Shown here one piece after another: positions 13,509 to 24,773 of a stretch of 50,871 nt of DNA; within the stretch, counting starts at the first letter, position 1, and the number at the start of each line of letters is the position of its first letter. Made by a program: the position numbers and the translations under genes. The stretch covers positions 1 through 50,871 of the forward strand of contig MU271522.1 in assembly GCA_021432655.1 (NCBI GenBank), in the 5' to 3' direction. This DNA is from Atractiella rhizophila. Lineage: Eukaryota. The notes below the pieces were generated by a model. That model was not told the origin of the DNA and searched no databases. It was given only the letters and a program-made list of their open reading frames with translations.

Positions 13509-15256
13509 ATTTCATCGTCCCCTCCCTCAAGAGGCAGTCCAACTTTGGAATAACAGCTCGATTTCGCCGTCCAACGCCAGGTTTTGGAGAAAGTCCTGTC
13601 TGTCAGGCATATCTATCTCACAAGTTTATGTCTCCTCAATCCTACTCGAGCCTTAGTGAAAGAGAGTACAGTGTGCTTTGCAATTTATGGATGGGACTTA
13701 ATCCTCACTTTACCAGGCGAATACAAGGCTATGTGGAAGGCAGATCGTTGGACGCCAGTTCGAGTCTCAACTTTCTTCAACCGGTATGTCTCTCTGCATT
13801 CCCTCGAGGATCACTCCAATGCACAGAAGACTGATGTGGGAAATATGAAGGTATTAGGGTCTGTTGACTTTTGCCCTAGCAATTTGTCTCCTCTGGTTTG
13901 AATTCGCCTCGAAATCGTGTGACCTCGAACCTGTTGCTACTACCATTCTCTTTGTGTCCCATCCGCCCTAATCCTAAAATATTTAACGCGCTATAGATGC
14001 CCTGGACTGCGAGTTCCTCCTTTGTGCAAGAGTCTGGGATTGTGGAATCGTCGTAAATGGATCGCGTATTTCTTTAGGATATTTGCCATTAGCGGCACGC
14101 CAATTCAGGTATGGCCCTTCGCTGGGGACTATACTTTGCATTTGTATGTCTTTAAGTTACTACTCTGCGGGAAGGAAACACATCATCATATGGGATCCAC
14201 AACGTTGATCCTTTTAAATCTACGTATAGCTGTATTGGTTTGTGGCCTCTTCAACCTGTTCACTTCAATGTATACATCAGATTGATGACTATAAACATAG
14301 GGTCTAGCTTCTCCTTTCAACACGACGGCAAAGATATTAATGAGAAATGTACTTTCTACCACTTTGCACTAACAATCCCCAATCACTTATTAGTGAGTGC
14401 AAATGGTATAAACGAATATGTGATTGGGGAAAAAAGAAAAGGAAAGAAAACACATCAAGCATACTTATAAGTCCGGACTAGCGGTGAAGTGCACATGTTT
14501 GGCACGGCATCCGGAACGCAATGCAAATAAAACAAACAAGTGGCAATCCACGGATCTCCAACAATATTCATGCTCGTTTGCGCACTTGAACTCTAGTCTG
14601 ACTGTTGGCCAAGTCTCCGAAGTCCACCCATCACTCAGTCGCGTAACACACCACTTACGTGCCTCCTCTCGACCTTTATACGGGATGGAGTCCTCTACTT
14701 CATCATAATATCAATCTGCAACCCAGTCAACGTGGTTTACTTCTCGGTCGTATTGACTTATTTCGAGCCAGACTTTCTCTCACTAACCTACTTTCCAACA
14801 CAGCATCCTGCAGAAGTCAATCCCACTTTGAACTCTCCGCTTACCCTCATATCCACACCGACAATGGCGTCCTGCATTGTACTGCACCTTCGAGTTGTCG
14901 CTTCTACTTCAAACTCGCGAGAGGGAGGTGCGAGTAGTCACAGTGGTTCTAATCGCAGTAATACAGTTCCAAACTTTCGGTCCCTTGACAAGCCTGATGT
15001 TTGCGAATCTTCAGGCTCGCATTCTCTCGGTGTAGGGAGAGTGATGCGAAGAGAGGGGGATCTACATCTCTCAGTATGAGGTGTGAGAGTTGACGTTGAG
15101 ACAGAAATAAACGTGGAAAAGAGGTCTGTCTGCCATCCCAAATTGTAAGTTTGATCAAGGATGCTGATGGGAAAAGATAGACTTGAGGCAGTGGAGGACG
15201 CGGAAGGTCAAGAGGGAGGCTATCTTTCGTCGGATGATGGTGTTGTTGTAAAATGA
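13509..15256 (+). pseudogene. DUF6533-type pseudogene, copy D (full span, disrupted)
   Basis: The start reads ATT, with an early TAA, frameshifts, lost exon parts and an ~220-bp insertion at 14343-14563. The 3' part (MASCIVLHLR...RREGDLHLS..VETEINVEKR) closely resembles copy E. Confidence 0.85.
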
Positions 15257-15475
15257 AATAGGGGAATTTTGTGTTCAGGTATTATGGTATTGGGTATTGT
15301 CCATGTGTTATATTGCATGGTGAAATTGGGTATCAACTTTTACTTTTAGGGAACGATGACTTATATTTCGTAAACTGATTCCAAAATATTCCTAGCGTGT
15401 CCATTATTGGGATACAATCACACAATGCATATATACTTCTCAACAGAAGTGAAATTATTATCCATGCAACAATCT

Positions 15476-15667
15476 CTTACAGCTCCACATCTTTTCCCTC
15501 AAGCCAAGCCTTTGTTATCACCCACAGCATCGTCATGAGCTTTAAATTTTACATGAATACAAAGGAAGGAACTTACAGCTCCACATCTTTTCCCTCAAGC
15601 CAAGCCTTTGTTATCACCCACAGCATCGTCATGAGCTTTAAATTTTACATGAATACAAAGGAAGGAA
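15476..15667. repeat. 96-bp perfect tandem duplication
   Basis: CTTACAGCTCCACATC...TACAAAGGAAGGAA at 15476-15571 and 15572-15667; a third copy lies at ~11959-12054. Confidence 0.95.
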
Positions 15668-16815
15668 AACGCACGATACAATCCTTATAAAGCATCTCAT
15701 GTGCTTCTCCCTCCCTTTGCGGAAGGTCCAACAACACTTTGTGGCCGCCTAGGACCTGCTGTGCGTATCCGAGGTGCTTGTATCCAGAAGGAAACTGCTC
15801 GTTACATAAAGTGAGACTAAAGATAAAGGAGTGGACTAGGAGGAAACATGATGCTTACTTTAGATAATTCGGTATAATCGAGGGCAGGGACCTTTGCTGG
15901 ATCGACGGGAATGATCTTTGTTCAGCTCACACATTAAAATCCTTGCTCATGCAAATAAAGGCCATACCTTGTCCTTTTCATAAAACAGCTTGAACCACCT
16001 CGCCTTCCAACCTCGCTCCGTCTTCAAACAGAAAAACACAATCCGACCGTCCCCTTCCACATCCGCCTCTGCCTCTCCTCCTCCCAAGGCAGGGAAGATG
16101 AATCGCTGGGTTATCGTCGCTTTCATTTTCCCTATCGCTCGTATGCCAGCGCCGGGACCGGAGGCAGCAATGTCCACTGTTCCATCCATGGCATAATAGA
16201 ACATAGAGCCCAAACTGTTAGAGAGCAGCAAACTGGGGGAAGGAGGACAATTGACCGGTGGATCCATTCATTCTATGCATGATGAAATCGCCCCTTTTGA
16301 ATCCAGCTGAAGATAGCTTGATGAATTCGTCGATTGGACGGCCAGCGGACCATGTCGTAAAGACGTAACCTTCGTCCGTAAACAGGTTCCTCAACCTGCT
16401 ACAGCACGAGAAAGCGCATTAAACAGTCAGATGGTTTGATTGAGAAGAGCCGGGAGAAGACAGACCTCCATTCGCAAGCGTCCCGATGCGTCACCCAACC
16501 TTCCATAAGCTCGCGTACCATGTAACGATTGAGCACTTCTGCGGTTTTGGATGCGTCGACGCCTTCAGAGGAAATAGGGATGGAGGCGAACCTTCAGTGC
16601 TTCCGTTTAGGCTGCTGCTCAAACTGGCTGCAGGAAGGGGTGGTTCGTCTCCTATCATCTATGATAGAATGAAGCTATTTTAATCCAAGGACCTAGTTGA
16701 GAATGGGATACGCAACAACGTACCACGCTGAGTGAGGAAATTAAATCGTATGTCAGCGATTGTGCGTAGAGGAGTGGAGCAACGGGAGGGAGTATGCGAG
16801 AGGGACTCACGGCAT
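15573..16815 (-). CDS. PEP2: PEP2-like (pea pathogenicity protein 2) SnoaL/NTF2-like protein, multi-exon
   Basis: Spliced: [125 protein letters not shown]. These motifs are recognisable as the fungal PEP2 family. Confidence 0.85.
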
Positions 16816-19800
16816 GTTCAAGTGTCCGAGTTCAACACCACGAACGATGAAATCGATGAAAGACGCTGCATGCGAGAGTCACAGAAATCTGGCCCTTTTG
16901 TGCCCTTCCCACATCCAGAATGATGAATGATCGAATGAACTTTTTGCCGCTTGCCGCGTCAATCGCAAACGGCAGCTTCCCGCAATTCCCCACGTGAATT
17001 CGACCACTTCGCCAGGAGATGCCTCAGGATATGGATTCGGCCAATGAGAAGATTGCATGGTTGTATTATGGAGAATGATTCAGGGAATAGTACGTCGTCT
17101 CTTTGCGCGCGCTGGAAGGAGAGGAATGGGTGAGCGATATTGATGTGAGCGTGTGATTTGGAAAGGTTCAAGGGCGCTATTGCATCTGCAGCTGCTCATT
17201 CTGCAAGAGCATAAGAGCATTGCTGGATTCGAATGTTGGAGCTTGAGGAAAGAGGAGCTCAGGAAGGAAGCTTAAGGAAAGCAGTGTGTGGTCCCATCTC
17301 CTGCACCCCTACGTGCTGCAAAGAGACATTGAAGTTGGTTGCTGCAGTTAACAAGATACAGACATTCGTTTATCTCAATTCCTGGCTTCTTGCCCACACT
17401 GCCAACTCGCCTGCCTCCTCACACTTTCAACCATCCGCCGCTCCGCTCTGACGTCACCACTCCCGAAACGACCCAACGAGACTGATTCATCAGTCGATGT
17501 ATCAAAATGGAACAAACAGCCATCCTCCACCTCCGAACAGGGACGTGCCACTCATTAGGGGAACCTTCTGATGGCGTAGAGGGAGTTTGCTAGCTGTGCG
17601 GGGAGGTTGAAGGAAGAAGAAAGAGGGCTTTTTGGGGGATGAGAATGCGGGAATTAGACGCACAGGGAGAAACGGTTGGAACTGTTTGGGGAAGGTGATT
17701 TGCTCATGGAGGAAGGTGCGCTTCTCTTTTTCCTGTTATCTTGGGGCGGAAGGGAAGGATTGGCAGATGGAGCGCGAGGAGCCTTCACATGTCATATGCA
17801 ATGTCTCAGGTCCAAACGGGCAAGAGCTCGAAGTTCCCTCCCAACAAAACCGCAGAAGGGAGGGAAGTAGAATAGATGCTAACTATGATCTCATTTAGAG
17901 CCAAGTTCTGCCAAATTTAGATATTTATTTCGATGAGACGATTCTGATATGCAGTAACAAGCGGGATCGAAACTGATCATTGGTGTGATACAGATGCAAC
18001 ACCCTCGATATTCCATCGCTTCCTGCCATTCCAACTACCCAGAATTCATCCAGCCTTCCAACTGAGACTCCAACCACAGTTCAACCTTTTTCGCGCCGAT
18101 CCATCGCCGTAGGATTATCCTCGTCCCGTGCCATCTGATTTAGAAGACACCAAGCTAATCCTTATCTTGTACCTAACAGACCCCCATCGCTTACGCTGCC
18201 ATGTTTGGAACCGACTCCCATGGCTGCTCCACCGGTGTCAGGAAAGAAGTCGAACTTATTGCGGGTGGATTCAACTGAACAATGATAAAGGAGAACCAAA
18301 GGAAGGTCCCCGGCCTTTTCGCGAGGTGGCGGATATGAGGAGTCTCATGGCGCCATGGACTGAAAACTGGCGGAACTTGACGAGCATCGTTGGATTTGCT
18401 CAGGAGTAGTGTAGGACGATAGGGAACCATCAAGCCCGTATCCTCAGTCGATTGAACACGGTGTTCTTGTGCAGACCCAAACGCAAACGGGAACAGGTGC
18501 ATATAGAGCCGAAGAATGGCAGATTGCAACCCTGCCCAGGAAAGAAGGAACAAAGGTCGTCCAAGACTTCATCGAACGCGTGACAAAAACGACAAAGTTA
18601 GACGAGCTTCCACCTAACGAGTTTGCCTCGAAACGCAACCCCTTCGACCAATCTTCTCACCCGGCTCTTCCATGTCATACTCCATCAACCATTCGCGTGA
18701 CCACGACAACAGTTCGAAACTGGAGCGTAGAGCATGCGGACGAGGAGGGAAGACGACGGTAGCATGGATGATGAGGACGATTAAGCGACCTAGGACGAAA
18801 TGTGGGGAGCTCAAGAGCACGTAGGACTGGGGGATCGAACTCGGTGAGGAGATGAGGCCAAGGTTGGAGGAAATGTTGAATATGTCGAAACAGCTCGAGA
18901 AGATAATACCTTGTCCAAGACAACTGTTATCGAAAGATGCTTCTCTTTCTCTCGTTTGTGCCAGAGGTACCGGTTTTCCCGTCACTTGTGGGCGAGTAAT
19001 TCTTATCCACGTCTTCGTTGTAGTTGCAGTGCGCGATTTCTCGCCGAAGAAAAGAAGGCTCTGGTCTCGTCGCAAACAGGAAGCACTGTTGCCCTATAAA
19101 TAGATAGGAAGAAAGTCCAAGGTAGGAACGAGAAGAATGCACACTTGATCGACTTCAAGCTCACTCTCAGTAGAATGCTGCTCTCCGTCCTGGCCGTGAT
19201 GGTATTGAAAGGAAGGAATGGGCGATGGTTCGAGTAGCGGCGGGAGTGTGGAGTTTGGGGTAGAGATCTAACTGATATTCCAGATTCAGAGGAGAAATCC
19301 CACCTATTCTGTCTGGGATATCCTGATGCTCGTGCACCATAGCTGAATCCATGCCAGCTCCACTTCCCACGCTCAATCGTGCGCACAACTTCTTAATCGC
19401 GCACGAAGAATAAGCACTGACAGGGACGATAGGTGAATTAATCTCTTGACGGGCTGCTCATCATGGCGTATCAAAACGCTGGTCTGAATAATGTATTTGA
19501 AGAGCTCGTCCCCACTCGAAATTCGTCGCGAAGCTCTCTTGAAACCCATGAGGAGTTAAATGCAAGCGCCCACGCTATGCATTCCCTTATGGAATGAAGC
19601 AATCGTAAATGACGATGTTTCTTCATGATGCATTAGTTCACACCTTAACTTCCAGACCTTGAATGGCTTGGCTTCCAGGGAGATGGTTCATTCAGGCATT
19701 AAAGTTTAAAAACAATTGACGTTCTCCTATTGAGAGCACCTTGCTCGTAGGTTCTGGCTTTTGCCTGTTCAACTGAATTTGAGAAAGAAACGCCCTGATG

Positions 19801-20181
19801 AAACGCGTTGAAGCCAACGCGTTTAGCTTATTGTTGTTCCGAGAATCTTGCGAGGTTGCTGCCGCAGATTTTTGGTGTGAGGAGAAGCAAACTCTCGTCC
19901 GAATAGGTTAAAGGAATACCTTTCCTTCTTTCTAGCATTTGAAGACGATAAACAACTGTTGAGGTCCTTTGAGCCCAATGGGTGGGTCTTCCTTCTGAGC
20001 CCTTTATCGCGGACGCTGTATTGTACACAATATGCAAATGCAAGGCCAAGACTTTCCCAGAGCTCAAAGGACTTTCAGAACATTTTTCATTCAAACGAGA
20101 ATTATAAAAGAGCCCAAGCCAAGCCAGCCAAGTCCCGCGTTCTTTCTTGGCACACAAAAATTTCTTGGCACAGAAGACGTC

Positions 20182-21734
20182 ATGTCAGGGTCCGCGTCCA
20201 CGCCGAGTGTGGAAGAACAGCTCGATCTCGCTCTCCGACGTGCGGATTTGGAAGGAGTCCTTTCCGCTAGTCGTATTTATCTCACGGGTTTGCACTCTGT
20301 CCGCCTATTGTGGCTTTCACTGAAATGGAGAACAGCTTGCTTTGCAATCTATGGCTGGGACTTCATCCTTACTTTCCCTCTGGAATACAGAGCCATGTGG
20401 AAGGCGGAGCGTTGGACTCCAGTCCGCGTCTCTTTCTTCTTCAATCGGTACATCATCCTCTAACAATTTTGCTACGAAAAACGAAAACTTACGCGAGATT
20501 TCTGAAGCTACTGGGGCCTCCTGACCTTCGTTCTAGCATTGTGCCTGCTATGGTTCGAATTCAGCGCAAAACTTTGTGACAAGGTTCATTTCCTTGAACC
20601 TGTCGCCACCACCGTTCTCTTTTGTGCGTACCTTTTATCAAATCTATGTATCGATACAGTGACTGATCCAGTGTGGATGTAGTGAATTGCGAGTTCCTCC
20701 TTGGCGCAAGAGTATGGGTAATGTGGAATCGTCGCAAATGGGTCGCTTACTTCTTTGCAACATTTGCCATTGCTGGTACCGCTGTTCAGGTGGTCTCCTT
20801 TGCTGAAGATAACGCATTGCCTTTGTAAGTCTTGAAAACAAAGAGAGAAATGCCAATGCGTCCTGCAGATTACCTGGCTTGAGGGGATGCATTTCTATCA
20901 GAGGACGCGACAGGTGATTTGTCTCACCTCAATCTGGCTGGAATAAAGCTGATCATTTGTTTGCCGAGCTACATATGGGTTTATTGGTTGGTTTCTGTCC
21001 TGCAAAATGGACCAAATTGCTGATGCAGAAGGAAGGGTCCCGCTTCTGCTCTATGACACCGCGGCGACGATATTCATGCTCGTGTTCGTCGCGAGCACTC
21101 TTATTTGACCGTTTATTCATTTATTTGAAGGCCACTCCTTACTCAATGGCGTACCGCACCCCCTACGCACCTCATCTCGACCTTCATGCGGGACGGAATC
21201 CTGTACTTTATCATCGTATCGATTTGCAATCTGGTTAATGTGGTTTACTTCTCGTTAGTATCGACCTTATCCTGCCACCTTCTCTATGAACTGGCTGACT
21301 TAAACTGCAACGCAGTATCCCCAAGGAACTCAATCCAACTTTCAACTGCCCGCTTACCCTCACATTCACAACAATGATGGCTTCTCGCATTGTGCTCCAC
21401 CTTCGAGCTATTGCTCCTGGCTCGAACTCACGTGAAGGAGACTCCAGCCGCAGTGGTTCCTTCCCAAAGTTTAGGAACGCTAACAAACCTTCAGACTTGC
21501 ATCTCCACAGCGTAGGGAGGCGAAGAGAGGGGGATCTACATCTCAGTTATGGAGGTGTGAGAGTTGATGTTGAGACAGAGATAAACGTGGAAAAGAGGTC
21601 TGTCTGCCTGTCATTCTCGCATGTTGATTGAAGGTGTTGATGGATAAATTAGACTTGAGTCTGTAAAGGATGCAGCCGATCAAGAGAGAGACTATCGTTC
21701 GTCAGATGAAGGTGTTGTTGTAAAGAAAGGATAA
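20182..21734 (+). CDS. DUF6533-type multi-pass membrane protein, copy E, apparently intact
   Basis: MSGSASTPSVEEQLDLALRRA..WDFILTFPLEYRAMWKAERWTPVRVSFFFNR..MRDGILYF..MMASRIVLHLR..VVVKKG-TAA at 21734; same introns as copies A and B. Confidence 0.85.
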
Positions 21735-21999
21735 ATCAGGTGCATTTTTGTGTCCGGGACTTTGGGAAGTATTCATCACGATCTTGTGTTCGAGCGTAAA
21801 AGAAATTATAAGTGCCTCCTCCAATCTCGTCGTGCTTCATGTACATCACATGAGATTACACCCACGCTGACCAACCCGCCTTAGTGCTCCGCTTGTTAGA
21901 TACACAGTAAGACTCGCTAATCAGAAAGTTATATTTCCTCCCCCGTCACAGTCTGGCGCGCATTTCTGTATTCTCTTCGACAGTTTCCTGTCTCCGCCG

Positions 22000-24524
22000 G
22001 TCTCCGCCCGAACTGAACCAAGACTCGCTCCCGCCAGGCTGGGATCGCTCGACTACGTTACAGTATGAATCACTGCATTTGATATTGTTTTTCACGATCT
22101 GCGGTTCGGGTCTGCACGAACGTCGGCTTCGCGTCGACAACCTGAAGCGAGAGCAACTCGTAGCGACGAGCAGATACTAGTACGTTTGCATTGAGATCAT
22201 GTCATCTATTGTGTGTGGTCCACTTATTCCTTCCCGGTAGCGACAAGTTCTCTAATATTGTGAAGGACCGATACGAATGGCCGCTTCACCTTGATCGAAT
22301 TGTACCTCCATCCACTTCCAATTCTGTCGCTCCTGCAGTTGGTGAAAGGGGGGGAATTGGGGCTCAACTCCACCCATCCCTTGGACGAACTTCATCTGGC
22401 CTTCGTGCAAACTGGAATCACCCCCCCGTCCACCCGAATACGTTCCCCCGGGCCATACGGTCTCAAAACGGTACCATTAGCTTGCAAAATGATCGATGGG
22501 CGATAAAGCTCAATTACGCCGGATCTCATGATGTAGTTTTTTTGGATGGTCAAGCTAGGTCCCTCGCAAGTTTGGAAAGACAGAAGCTCTGCACTATTGA
22601 AGTGGTTTTTTTATGCTCCTACTTACATCGGGTGCTGATATGGGATCTGTAACGACTCAGGTGGATCAACGTTTGCTTGATGATGAGAAATGGAAAACTA
22701 TTGGAAGCTACTCCTTCCTCATTCCTCCCCGAATTGATCCCAGTTCTCATAACGTCATAAACCCTTCTTACTCTGCCAATCATCATCCAAATCTGGCTTT
22801 CATGTTCAGTCTCATTATCCCAATCTCTGATCTCGTCGTACGGCCATCGCGCATTCCTTCATGGTTGTCTGATGGTGCGTAGGGTAACCTGCGCCTTGTT
22901 CAACACCTTGTCGACATCCGAAGTCTCTATGCCGAGTCAATGTACCAAAAAAGTGCAGCCGAAAAGCGCCTTGCAACGTATATAGCGATTTGGAACGACC
23001 CCATGTTTTCAGATGTGGTATTTACTTTCCCAAACTACGCTGCAGGAGGGGAGATGCAGATTTTTGCACCAGTCAAATTGCTGAGAGGTTTTTCGAACTA
23101 CTTTGATATGAGTGCGCTGCTTTTTCTTGTCTGAGGGACGATTCTAATTGACTTGTTGATGGAGTGTTCGGATCCAGCGGGTTCTCTGAGAGTGATGATA
23201 CCCCCACAGAGAAAGCGGACGGTGTAGCTGCTTCTTACGAAGGAGACGAGGAAGATTCAGACATTGAGAAAGATGAGATCCTCTGCGAGTCCTACGTCCG
23301 TCACCGTTCCTGCACCCGTCAATTGCTGACTGGCCGACGAGTTATAGTGTCCACAAACCCTTCCCCGTCCACGGTCTACGTACAAGTTCGTCCCTATAAC
23401 CCATACCTGCTACTCAACCTACCGCGCTGCACTCTACTACTTGTTTTCGAACGAGGTTGCGTTTGCGGACGTCTCTTCTCAGACCAGAGCTAACAGGATT
23501 GTCTGCGGAGAGGCGGAGCCACCAGGCGGCAGCAGAGCGAAGAAGGGCAAGGGGAAACAAAAGGAAACGTCTCACTTCTCTGCAGGTACGCTTCGACGTC
23601 TTGCTGGAATGAATTGCGGGAGGCTTATCACGCCCTCTCGGCGTGGCGCGGATAGCAGACTATTGCACAACTGATCCACTTAAGGTCTCTCCCAAATCCA
23701 TATACCGTCTTGCGCACAGTAGGTCCCTCTTCCGGTCTTCTAACCTATCCGGAATGATGTACCATTTCTGCCATAGCATATGAACTCAAGGAGCTTCGTC
23801 AATTGGCACTAACCAACTTCAAGACCCAGCTAACAGTACACACCGTGCTGCTGGAGCTTTTTTCTCCTTTTGCTCAGTTATACGAAGAGGTTCGTCAGGC
23901 ATGCCTGGAGTATCTTCTACCACATTGGGTACGCCCAGTTCTTCATCTGAATGCTTGTATTGTATTGACCCTTTATTTGTGGCGGGATAGGATGAGGTGC
24001 AAAAATCTCCTGTCCTACCAATCGTCATCACCGAGCAAGGAGCAGTCGAGTTTAGCCTTTTCCAAGAAGTCCTTGCTCAAGCTTCACGAGTTTCGAGACA
24101 AGGTATGACATCTGCAAGTCGAATCCTTCGTGATTCCCCTCGAAATGTCCAGCTTAGTCCTCATTTCGATGGCGATGAAGACTTTGCTCCCCCAATCCCT
24201 CGCCGGAGAGCAAGAGGAACTTGGCATGAGATTCCCGGGGAAGTTCTGATGCCTGAAACAATGAGTACACAGATGGCTGCTTTGGATACTCCGGACAGAG
24301 AGGCGAGGATACATGGGGCAAGTGACGCGGAGAGTTCAAATCTTCCTGCAGAATTGTTTCACTATGTGACAAGCGGTGTGTGGCCGCCAATGAGACAAAG
24401 TAGTTCTAATCGTCATGGCACTACAGATTTTCCTGCTAGTGGTAGTTCTGCTCCTCGGCAAGGTCCAATCCCAGTCGTGCCTCCTGTCCAAGTCAGGGAT
24501 GTCAGAAGAAACGAAATCGTTTAA
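22000..24524 (+). CDS. BTB/POZ-domain protein, copy 2 (long N-terminus, disordered C-tail; 5' end approximate)
   Basis: WNDPMFSDVVFTF..FGSSGFSES..DSDIEKDE..HTCYSTYRAALYYLFSNEVAFA..VSPKSIYRLAH.YELKELRQLALTNFKTQLTVHTVLLELFSPFAQLYEEVRQ; stop TAA at 24524. Confidence 0.8.
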
Positions 24525-24773
24525 AGTTTTCGATACCGTTTAAGTTTGTGTGCTTTCTTACATGTTCTTGCGTCAACTCTTGAATCGTGCTTTGTATGGA
24601 ATCACTGATTGTAACATAATGAAATTGGCAAATCTGTTACTGATTAAGCGATAACCAACATCCAACCCTGCCGTAGGCTTGACATCATTCCTTTGCTCCG
24701 CCGTTGTGACATTTGCCACGGTGGCCACGATGAAATACATTGGCTCGACCTCCCTTCTCGCATGTTCTTAATA

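Larger units (their letters stand above)
12496..15669 (+). repeat. Tandem segmental duplication, copy 2
   Basis: See copy 1. This copy lacks 9983-10254 of copy 1 but retains 14136-15328, which copy 1 lacks. Confidence 0.95.

Noticed and set aside
17990..19400. Cluster of overlapping short ORFs, possible degraded gene
   Set aside because: No consistent spliced model or motif.
19801..19824. Palindrome AAACGCGTTG-AAGC-CAACGCGTTT upstream of DUF6533 copy E
   Set aside because: Not seen upstream of the other paralogs; may be chance.
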